From Lepidodermella squamata (taxonomy: Eukaryota; Animalia; Gastrotricha), in contig JBLDXI010000009.1 of the NCBI GenBank assembly GCA_047495785.1, positions 4,898,001 to 4,962,000 of the forward strand: 64,000 nucleotides of DNA, written 5' to 3'. How positions within the stretch are numbered: the first letter of the stretch is position 1; each line of letters starts with the position of its first letter. The notes beneath the pieces were generated by a model, which was not told where the DNA came from, searched no databases, and saw nothing but the letters and a program-made list of their open reading frames with translations. Positions 24,801 through 35,800 of this stretch are shown piece by piece. Made by a program: the position numbers and the translations under genes.

Positions 24801-26447
24801 TTGGTACTCGCAATACGGCGAAAATTTCGTTCTCCCCGCAAACATGACATCCTATCAACGCGCCTGGACTTACCAAACTACAGAAGGAACACCATTTGTC
24901 GGGGATCAAGCGATTTACTACGGCGGTGGTTATTTCATAGACCTCCCTACGAGAATGTCTGACGCTCTTGCAACGTTGGGTCGACTTCGAGAGAACCGAT
25001 GGTTCGATAACGCAACCGTTGCCGTATTTGTGGACTTTAACCTATACAACCCACAAGTCAATCTGTTTCTACCAGTGAAGATTGCCTTTGAAAGTCTCGG
25101 ATCGGGTGGCATGACCTATCAAGCCCGGCTGTTCCCATTGAACCTATACCTATATGCCGGATCTGAGGCTACGATATCCTTACTAGTCCAATCAGTCTGG
25201 ATGTTGCTTCTAATCTCGCAATGCCTAGCAACTATTTGGAGATTGATCAAACATGGTTGTATTAAGTTTGCTCTCGACCGTTGGAATGTTCTGGAAATCA
25301 CTCAACTCGGCTTAGGGATCGGAATAATCATCCTAGTCGCGGTCCGCATTGTTGTGACAATTGAAACTATCGAAAAAATGAGGAATGATCGACTGTCAAA
25401 TACAAGTTTGGATTTTCTAGTCGGCTGGGAGGATACGACGTACTGTGTTCTTGGCTTTGCCTTCTTCTTCAGCATGATGACGTTTTTCCGCCATTTGACA
25501 ATCAACAAGTTCTGGGCAACTTTCCTAGGCACTCTTTCAAAGGGCCGGTCAGACATACTGTCCTACGCTGCGATTTACATGCTGATATCAGTCATTGTCG
25601 CTGGTTATTTCAACTTACTGGTCGGAGATCGAATGTGGCACTTTGCTACCGTCAAGTGGTCGATTTATTCGTTGGTTTCGCGGTTCATTGGAGGGACAAG
25701 CTCCCAGATTACAAAACTCGGCTTTCCTGATCAGTTTTCGAAGTTTTGTTCCATCGTCTATTCGGCTATCGTACTCTATGTTGGAGCTAATATGTTTTTC
25801 ACGATCATTGGAAAAACTTATTCCACTGTCACTGAGAATATGGAAGAGGAAACGGGTTGGGACGCTGAACTGGCTGAATATTTGGATAATGAATTCAAAA
25901 GCATGATTGCGGCGAGGAAGCAAAAAGAAGATGAAGAACGGGGGGATTCCGGGGACAGCGATTATATTACTTCTTCATCGAAACCTTTGAGCCAGAGGAC
26001 ATATGACAAATGTGAGTCATTTTATTGATTTTAAACAAATCCGATTTTAATAATTCTCCAGTGATGGTGCTGGTTGACAAATTTCACGCTTCGTTCGATC
26101 TATATTCGCGCAATGAAGTAAACGAGATTGAAAAATTGGAAAATCTGACGACAAAGGCTCCCCGACCGAATGTGTCTTCTCTATTGAGCACAACTTCAAG
26201 TATTGTCCACAACGCCCCAGCCGCTTCGAAGAAGAAGAAGGACACGGTTATCAAGCCCGAAACTGCTGAAAATGTGCGAAGTGCATACTTGCATCCTAGC
26301 GATAGTATTGGCAAAGAAGAAGGATCCAAGAAGTTGGATGAAAACAGAGCGTCGGCTAGAAAACGGAGTTCTTACAGCGAGCGCTCTGGCTCCAAGACTG
26401 AAATTAAGGATGGCATTACACCGGTCGATCCGAGTTCAGCCGAGTGA
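12890..26447 (+). CDS. Polycystin-1-like (PKD1L family) 11-TM protein with EGF/L-type-lectin ectodomain, degenerate GPS, PLAT, TOP and polycystin channel domains
   Basis: ATG 12890 ([16 protein letters not shown] signal). About 36 GT-AG introns, mostly 48-65 nt, all joining in frame. About 45 six-Cys EGF-like repeats. GPS-like [22 protein letters not shown] before TM1. PLAT (YLISVH...VEIKLKG...[24 protein letters not shown]). [27 protein letters not shown] is typical of the PKD1 family. TOP domain ([10 protein letters not shown]; [10 protein letters not shown]; [28 protein letters not shown]) and six channel helices follow. Confidence 0.93.
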
Positions 26448-27015
26448 AGCGAGACTGCGACTAAAACTATTGAAGCTAGTAAAGCATTATGATCTCTCAG
26501 TTATGGACTTGAGACTTAAGACTTCAAACTTTACTTCTTTTACGAGCCTACTCTGACACTTACTTAAGACTTCTCATTTATGGGAATCTATTTTCGGTTA
26601 TTACGATAATAAAAATTCCCGGATGCTGCAAGATTGCGTCTTTGTGTTGTTATGGTATGTTGCGGCTTATAGCCCGACCGAACAAACCCCCAAGTTCTTA
26701 TTTCTAACAAAGGGTTTCCGTATTGGGCTTCGAACAATGCTGAAAACAAATTTTCAGTTGATTTTACTTCGTGATTCCGAGAGACTGTGTCATCAAAAAA
26801 CTCCCCGGATGCGGATATTAAGCTTTTAGATCGTGTTTTTGTGATATCGTGTTTCACTTCAAAGTTATCGCATTCCAAGGTAACGCAGTTCACAGTTCAA
26901 TATCCTGGTAAATAATAACAGCTTCTTTACACTGGATATGTTTTTGAAGCCTATCTGAGTAATATTATCGAAATCGAAAGTTCTATACCGCTCACTAGAC
27001 CATTCTGTATCTTTG

Positions 27016-28712
27016 ATGAATTTCGCTTCTTTCGCCAGCATTATATTGCTGGCTATCAGTGTTGCAACAGCGGAGCATCCTCTCGTATCGCTGCTCCCAA
27101 ACACGGAGGAATTGTGGGCTGTTTTCCCCTTGGACAACCTATCGAAAACTACTGAGGTGCTCAACAACGTAACCTGCAGCACTGGGTGCAACTCATGGAA
27201 CCAGACATCGACATGTTTCGGCCCGGCAAACCTTCCGGGGTCTTGCTTCATCGCAACTAGTGAAAGCCCTGGTATAGGCCAGTATGACACCACCAAGCCG
27301 GAACCGCTGCCTTCCGAGTTCGTGATAACTTTCTACTACAAAGCATCATCAGATGATCAAGAGGGCAACATTCTGAAATTCACTGTATCGGCCGGAGGTA
27401 AACAGCCGAAGTTACTCGTCAACGCCGTCGGGCGCAATATTTCTGTTCAGTGGCCTGTAGCCGGTGGCAAGGAGGCGGCGGCGAGTGTTGCAGGCCTTAT
27501 ACAGCAGGAATGGGTCTTTGTTTTAATTCGACTTCTCTCAGGCAAGCTGGACATTGAATTCAACGGCACGCCTGGTACTCGCTTTGAGAACGTCGACATC
27601 AAAGTGGGTGACGTAGCATTCATGCACAGCGGCGTGGGTATGAGAAGGAGCGATGCTATTGCCTGCATGACATTCTACGATGCCGGGGGTGGCAGTTATC
27701 TCGCAGTGGATCAAATAATGAAAGCTTGTAAATCCTATTTTCTTGGAAGTAAGTTTCTTTAACTTGCCACTTCAATGCATTAGAGGTTGTGTTTTTCCAC
27801 ACAGTACCGTCGACTACAACTCAAGCCCCAAAAATTACGAGTCCCACGTCATCGAGCACCTCCTCTCCCTGGATTTTCCCGCTCAACGCGAATTCGAATC
27901 CGCCAGCCCCCATTGCGGCAGTCAACCAAGCTGCTTCGAACGAAAAGCCCACCTCGACTACGCAAAGGCCTCCCTCAACAATACCGAAGACTGCTAGCGC
28001 TCAAACCAGTGCTTTGGCAGCCGCAACATCTGTCGTTGCGAATCCTACCAATGCTGTGACTAATGCACCTACGAACCCTGCTAATACACCTCCTGCCCCC
28101 ACTAATGCGCCTCCCGCTCCTACTAACGCACCTACCACAACCACGACTATTACAGTTGCTGCAGCTGATTCCCTTTACAATATGAGTAAGACATTTATAG
28201 ATGAAGGCTGATTAATGGAACATTGATTATTTCCAGCATTCGCAATCAAACCTGGTCAGCTCATGTTCCCGAATAAAAGCGTTATTCCACCGGAGGCTCT
28301 GAACGATCCTGCTACTAACAAGTACATCTGCGATATGTTGGCCGCTGATTTCAAAACGAGCCTCAGCGGAGCAAATCAGGCAGCTGTCACAAGCCTGGTT
28401 TATAAGTAAGCCATCGCGAAACTGTTATTGCAAAAATTAGCTTATAATTCCTATAGCCCTGCGACAAATACTTACGTGGCCAATTTCACCGCTGCAGTTG
28501 CGTCGACTAAAGAGTTATCTGAGGCTGATCTAAAAACGGCGGCTAGCAGTGCAGTTGGTAAAATGACTACGTCATTGGGCGATCAAGCGAATACGCTGAG
28601 CATTGAAGATTTTCTCAACACTGGCCGTCCTAAGCGGAAAAAGAGTGATGCTGGATCAATGGAGCCTAGCTTCGCTCTTATTTTATCTCTAGCCGCCGGA
28701 ATGCTCCTTTGA
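27016..28712 (+). CDS. Predicted GPI-anchored protein: ConA/LamG/pentraxin-like domain, Pro/Thr mucin stalk, about 110-aa membrane-proximal domain, GPI signal (copy 1)
   Basis: ATG 27016 with signal peptide. Exons 27016-27748, 27805-28185, 28237-28405, 28457-28712. LamG-like motifs (LWAVFPLD, EFVITFYYK, EWVFVLIR..GKLDIEFNG, IACMTFYD). TNAPPAP repeats. C-terminus SDAGS + SFALILSLAAGMLL with no cytoplasmic tail. Confidence 0.8.
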
Positions 28713-29583
28713 AGAATACATTTTTGGAAAAAATCTTGAAATCGATTTCATTTATTTTGTCTAGTATTTTTCCGATTTTCCACATTTTTCTCAATTAAAT
28801 ATTTCAATGTGAAGTCTCATTTTTAATTCACCTGTGATTTTGCGCGTTGTCAAAAGTGTAACATTTAGCTTCTTAACGCTGATATTATGGGACGGGAAAA
28901 ATACCTGAAATCAGTCGCACCGTGCCATCAACATTTTTCTCCGCCAAATGTTATATAAGGTGAGCAGGGCCGGACTGAATTTCGGGAGGCACCTGGGCAT
29001 TGTCTCATTTTAATTTTTCCGCAAATTTTTAGGAAAGATATTTTTCATAACGGAAGCGGAGGGCAGAAAACTCGAGGTGAAGAGAGTAAACGCACTTTCC
29101 GTGCCCAAAGCTCATTAACGAATGCATTTTCTTTTATTAATTAGTCGACGTTCAATTTCAGCGAGAAAATGTATTCAATCCACAAACCTTTACTTCAAAA
29201 TCAGGTTGCAAAATTATGGCAGAATGTATTGGTTACGAGGTTAAGTTAGTCTTAACCTGAGGAAGCAGGGAAAAGCTCCATGCTATTGCTGGAAGAATAA
29301 TGATTTGAGACCTCGCGAAAAAAACCAAGAAAAGCGAGGCCTTTGTGCAATCAAAAAACTCCCCGGATGCGGATATTAGGCGGTGATATTGTGTATTTGT
29401 GATATGCAGTATATACAGATTTACTTCAAAATTATCTAATTCCAAGGCATCGAAGTTCACAGTTCAATATCCTGGCAAATAACAACCAGCTTCTTCATAC
29501 TGAAAATAGTTTTGAAGCACGTCTGGGAAATATTGTCGGAAGCCACAGTTCACAGTCGCCATCGAGACAATCCTGTATCTTTA

Positions 29584-31281
29584 ATGCAGTTCGAAATTTT
29601 CGCCAGCATTTCGGTCGTGGTGGTGATGGTGTTGGCCACCAAAGAGATATCAGCTGAGCATCCTCTTGTATCGCTGCTCCCTAACAAGCCGCAATTGTGG
29701 GCTGTTTTCCCGTTGGACAGCCTATCAAACATATCTGATGTGTTGAATAACGTAAAATGCAACGCCTCGTGTAATTCATGGATGAATTCATTGGATTGCG
29801 TCGGGCTGGCTAATGTTACAGGGTCCTGTTTCCTCGCAAAGAAGAACAGCACTTATATAGGTCGTTATGATATCACCAAGCGAAACCCACTACCTTCGGA
29901 ATTCATGATTTCTTTCTTCTTCAAAGTTTCCCAACCTCCTCCTGTTCCCGTGCCGGGCAACATTCTTAGGTTCACTGTAACAGAAAAAGATGTTAATACA
30001 AAACTACACGTCTTTGCTATTGGGTACAACATTGGTGTTTCCTATTTGCCAAAAGTTGGCCCGCTTACCACAACGGGCGCTGTAGGCCTCAAAATAAACA
30101 AATGGACCCTTGTTTCAATTCGCTATCTCTCACGCGAGTTGGTAATCGAAATGGATGGTATCACTGGGCGAACTGTAAAAGACCTTGACCTCAACGTGCA
30201 GGATGTGGCTTACATGCACAGTGGCATTGTAATGAAAGAGGATGATGCTATTGCTTGCATGACCATCTACAACGCCACGGGTACACAAAATCTCACCAAA
30301 TTTGCGAACGATATAAAGCAGGCTTGTGAGTCCTATCTAGCAAGTAAGTTTCTTTATTTTCCCGATTCAATGCATTTGAAGATTATGTTTGTCGAAATAG
30401 GCCCGACATCTACAACTACAACTACGACTGCCACTACAACTAAAACTAAAACAACAAGCCAAGTCCGTGCTGTAACGAGTCCCACTTCATCAGGAGCTTC
30501 TTCTTCTCAGATGCCGCCGCAAAGTATCAATTCGACTGCTACAACTACGACTGCAAGACAAGCCCCTGCTGTTACGAGCCCCACTTCATCGGTCGCTATT
30601 GCACCCCAGACGCCGCAAAACGCCAATCTGCCTCCTATAAATGCACCTCCGGCCCCCACTAATGCGCCTCCCGCTCCTACTAACGCACCTGCCACAACCG
30701 CAACTATTACAGTTGCTGCAGCTGATTCACTTTACACTATGAGTAAGTTTCACGACCTAGCGATGAAGGCTGAATGATGAATGTTCGATATAATTTCCAG
30801 CATTCGCAATCAAACCTGGTCAGCTCATCTTTTCTAATAATGGAAGTGTTGTTCCAACCGAGGCTCTGAACGATCCGGCTACAAAGAAGTACATTACCGA
30901 TATGTTGGCTAACGATTTCAAAACCAGCCTTATCGGAGCCAATCAGGCGGCTGTCAACAGCCTGGTTTATAAGTAAGCCCTCTGCCGTAGAATTATAGCA
31001 AAAATATGATTAAAATTCTTAGCCTAACGACGAAAACTTACGTGGCGAATTTTACCGCCGCTGTTGCTTCGGCTAAAGAATTGTCTGAGGCTGATCTAAA
31101 AACAGCGGCTAACAATGCAGTTGGTAAAATGACTGCTTCATTAGGCGATCAAGCCAGATTGCTGACCATTGAAGATTTTATCGACACTGGCCGTCCAACG
31201 CGGAAAAAGAGCGACGCTGGATCAATGGAGCCTAGCTTCGCTCTTATTTTATCTCTGGCTATTGGAATGCTCCTTCAATGA
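29584..31281 (+). CDS. Tandem paralog of the GPI-anchored ConA/LamG-like mucin (copy 2)
   Basis: ATG 29584. Same 4-exon structure and motifs as copy 1. The upstream region is also duplicated (CAAAAAACTCCCCGGATGCGGATATTA at about 26794 and 29352). Confidence 0.8.
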
Positions 31282-31409
31282 AAATGATTTTGAGCAACAA
31301 ATGTACAGATTTACTGCGTTAAACATTAATTGTCTGCTATTTTTCCAGATTTTCCAGATTTTCTGAAATAAATATTCCAATTTGAATCCCGTGCACTTGG
31401 CGTGTATTC

Positions 31410-32410
31410 CGTAGTCAAACTTTTCAGCAGCGACAATTCAGCAAACGAGGGTCAAATCAGCAGTGGTTTTCCAGCAGTGACACCTAGCCAGTAGAAAATT
31501 CATAATATTCCATTTTTAGTATAAAATTCAAACAATTCTAGAAGACATTTGCGCAGTGACATTTCAGCAGCGACAAATCAGCAAGTGACACTATATCACT
31601 TGTTATTCAATAATCTTGCACTTTTTGAGCCTAGTTCTCTGATGTCTCTGCTGAAATGTCACTGAGATGAAAATAATAAATTTGATACAAAAAACAGGGT
31701 TGTAAGACTTTTCAGCAGTGACATTTCAGCAAATGAGGGTCAAATCATCAGTGACTTTTCATCAGTGACAAATGAGCAGTGACATTTGAGCTGCGACATT
31801 TGCGCAGTGACAAATCATCAGTGACAAGTCAGCAGTGATTTTTTTTAATTCTTCCTATATTTTCTAAAATTTATTATTTTTATCTCAATGACATTTGCGC
31901 AGCGACATTTCAGCGGAGACATTTCATCAGGAGAATTCTAGCCTTATTAAGCAGGGGGACTATGCGCTACATTGAAGTTGAGCTCAAAAAGTGCAAGTTC
32001 AGTGCTCAAGATTAATAAATAAAAATTGATGAAGTGTCACTTGCTCATTTGTCACTGATGAAAAGTCACTGCTCAATAGTCACTGATATTTTGTCGCTGC
32101 TGCAATGTCACTGCTCACTTGTCTTCAAGGATTATTGAAATTAGTACTAATATTTGATTTTTATGAATTTTTTGCTGACAAAGTGTCACTGATGAAAAGT
32201 CACTGATGATTTGACCCTCATTTGCTCAAGTGTCACTGCTGAAAAGTCTGACCACGAAAAAACAGATAAAAATAAACTATAACTAGAATAAACTAACAAA
32301 AATTACTGCTGAATTGACACTGATTTGTCGCTGCGCATTTGTCACTGACGGAAATTCACTGATTAGTTGACCTTCATTTGCCGAAATGTCACTGCTGAAA
32401 AGTCGTGCAA
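31410..32410. repeat. Foldback-like inverted repeat built from short CAGCAGTGACA/CATCAGTGAC units
   Basis: Units read forward in 31410-31930 and reversed in 31980-32410. Two interleaved arm pairs: about 31410-31632 with 31980-32256, and about 31700-31850 with 32295-32410. Confidence 0.8.
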
Positions 32411-32852
32411 CCTTCTTATTCAATTGTTTTATTTCTCCAATCAATTCACCTTGGTCAATCATATTAAGTCCATTCATTTCCCTCCGCGTTAAATGCCAAT
32501 ATATCACACAGAGTGCGAGTTGTAACTCATCATGCGTAAAATTATATGTCAAGGGCAAACTCAAGATTTTTTCAAAATCTTCGCAAAAAATTGGTTTATA
32601 CAAGGGCGATTCAATTATAAGGTGAGCGGAAAATTCGAGGTGACAACAATAACAATAAGGCGCAGAACTCAAGCAGCAGGAAGACACGACAATTAAAATT
32701 ATAATAAAAATTCGCAATTATTTACAGTATAATTTGCAAAATTCAGAGTGAGATCGCGGAGAAAGAGAGTAGGAGGAGGAAAAATAAATATTTTTTTACG
32801 TGAGAAAAATTTCGTTAAAAAAATGCGTAGGTATTATAGTAATTAATATATT

Positions 32853-35800
32853 TCAAAATTCTAGCGCAATGTTGCTGTTCCGCGCCACTGAATTCGACCT
32901 GCTATTTACGGCGGTGTTATTACTCGTCACGGGTGGCTGGAAGTGCGCGCTTTTTTGCGCGCCTCTGATCGGCGGCAACGCGGTTGTTTTCGGCGATGAT
33001 GCGGTGTTAAAGCCGAACGAGCTGAAAGTTGATTTTAAATAAGGCGGCGATGGCAGCGGCGTTTTCTTGGCGTCGCCGCTGCTGTCGTCATGGTTGGGTG
33101 ATTCCGGGGTTGAGCCGCCGTTGGGCGCTGGCCCGACGCGTTTTCCGCTGTTTATACTCAAGCCGCTCGGGCGCCGATTGCCGTGGTACACCCGTTCCGC
33201 TCCAGCGCCTGTGTAGCCGTCTGTGTAAGAGCCTTCGGCCAGTGCCTCCGGGCCGCTGTTGACTGGGGACGCGTCAATACCGACCCGGCTTGATGCCAGC
33301 TGCTGTTTCGTTGGCGTCTGGGATTGAGGCCGTAAATTACCCAAACAGCTCGTACCCACAACATTTTTCCTAAGATAAAAAATAATAATTATTTAAAGGT
33401 GAATTATGGAAAATTGAATTCGGTTTCACTTAAGAAGAAATATTTTAATTAGTTTTTTTCAAATAATTTCGAATTTTTTCAATTCAAAATCAATTTTTTC
33501 TCGAAAAACGGAGAAAACTACTGTGGGATTTAGTTTGATTTAGTTTTGAATCCTTTAAATTTAAAATAAAAAACATGATATATGTTCAGTGTTCAGTCAA
33601 CATTTATATTTTTCGGAATTTCTTCTTTGCTTGTTGTCTTCGTAAATTTGTTCCAACCCGGTAAAACACTGGTAAATTACCGAACCCGTTACCATCGGTT
33701 ATTTTCAGGTTTTCTACGGTAAATTATGAATTTCATAGGTCAAATCGCGGATCCAGGATCGGAGATGCTCCGGGCAGAGGTAATTTTTAGAATGTAGAAA
33801 TTGAATAAATTGCTTTAAAAGTTGCATAATTATGGGACATGTTATATCTAGCCTAGAATTTCGAAATCTTGGATTTTTACTCCAAATTTCCGCTAATTAA
33901 TGCATTTTATAACTTACTTGACGAGGAATATGACAACTACAACAATAGCAGCAACAATCGCCAGTGCAGCCAGCACAATCAGCAGAATAGCCCACCATTG
34001 TAACCCGGTCGTAGCAGCTAAAAATTTCCATTATTATGTACAAATTTAATTGAAATTTTTGAAATTTTTTACTTTGCTTTTCCTGGTCCGGCGGATCTTC
34101 GCCTCGCTGCATTTGAGGCCCGGTGGAAAATGGCGGTCCACTTGGCCCCGGCTGGCTGTTCGGGTATGGCGGGTATATCGGAAGCAATGTCCCATTAGCT
34201 GTAAGAAAAAATTTAAAAGTTAAATTTCACAGCGAAAAAAATATTCAAAATTAAATTAATTGAGGGGAAATGACAAATAAGTGCGAAAAGCTAGCAGGGT
34301 GTTTAAAAGCAAGGAGCCTTTAATGTATTGTCCACTCGACAGGGTGACTACAACAGGGAAAATAACCTCCAGCGTTATCGGTTCCATTTTTCAACAGCGT
34401 ATAATTTCCAGCATTATCCACGACCGTGTTATTCATCTTCGAAGTCACAGTCGTAGTCACTATTACGTTCACACCTGTAGTGGTTGTAGCCGCCGTCGCA
34501 TTTGTCGGTAAAATCGTCGAAAAATTCGAAGTGGGTAAAATTGTTGTAGTCGACGCATTCAGAGCATCGGTCGAATTGTCCGTGTTGTTACCATTCAGCC
34601 ACGGCAATTCCGCGGTAAAATCGGTATTATTACCAAACCACGGCGCCCGGGTGGTCGACCGGGCCACGGTTGATTGGCCCCGGGTTGTGATTCTAAGCGA
34701 AACACCCGATAAAGTGCTCAACAGCCCTGGTGCCAAGCTGGAACCGGAATTTCTCGGAATTGTTGTTCGGTTACTATCCCAGCCTCCAGTCGTTCGAAAT
34801 GTTGGAGAAAATGTGAGAATATCAGGCGGATCGCGGCGCCGGGTTGTCGATTCGTTTGTCCGAAATGAGGTCAAATTCGTTAACGTTGTTCGAGATCGGC
34901 CCATTGTGGATAGGGTTGGGGCTGGTTACGGGTTGAAGCGAAAGCGAAGAAAAAACGAAAAATAGGCAGAAGCGTTAAAAGCAAGGTTAAGCAAGAAGTT
35001 TTTAACAAAAATTGAGCCGGCAAGCAGACATTTTTTGTACACAGATCTTGCTCAGCCATGCGGAAATTTGATAAAAAAAATGAAAAAAATCGAAATACCT
35101 CAAGTAAAAGTTTTGGAATTAAAAATTGGAAAAAATTTAATAATATTGAACTTGTGAAAAATTTCAAAAATGTCAAAAATAGTGATATTATGCATTTTCA
35201 GACATTTCAAGTGATGGCATCATTCCGTGATTTATCACCATTTTTAGTGAATTTTTGCCATTTATTTTTGTACCGGTATTTGTTCGAGTTGTATTAGCAT
35301 CGCGGAGTTTCGTGTCATTTTCCATCTCGATTATTGAACCCAGGGTGGTACCGCCATAAGTTACCAAAGTCGAACTAATGTAAGGGTCATTTCGGGTAAT
35401 TTTCGAAATATGAAAGCCGCTTTCGACTGAAATATCAGCCGGAATATCGGCAGCCATAGCTGGTTCCAGGTTGTCTTCAGTTTCGAACCCAGACCCGGAA
35501 CCCTCGAAATACTTTTCGGAATCACCGCTAGAGGCGTAATCTTCGGTTTCATTAATTGAGGTCGATTGAGCAAATTTGGAAATTTTGACGGGGGTTGAAG
35601 AGTTATTAGACCCATTGATTCTACTGGGTTCCAAGGTGGTACTTAGCCCATAACTCGAGGTAACAGGGTGGGTTAAATCAGTTCGAGCTTTATAAGAAAA
35701 AGCAGCGGAAAAAAATACAAAGCGAAAGAAAGTTGAAGCGAGCACTCAAGTAAAAAGCGTTAAAATTGCGATGAGTTCTAGTACTCACTTTGAGGCCGAG

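Noticed and set aside
12890-26447. Assigning a specific symbol (PKD1, PKD1L2, lov-1) or treating the EGF part as a separate tenascin/Notch-like gene
   Set aside because: The last EGFs, S/T region and GAIN-like region share one exon (20722-22709), so it is one gene. Orthology within the PKD1 family cannot be fixed without a phylogeny.
31410-32410. Short repeated units resembling a CRISPR array
   Set aside because: Units are degenerate, irregularly spaced and inverted, without unique spacers or cas genes, in a clearly eukaryotic locus.
32283-32717. 144-aa ORF with hydrophobic N-terminus
   Set aside because: Non-ATG start, runs into the foldback repeat and lies in the probable 3' region of receptor C; no supporting motif.
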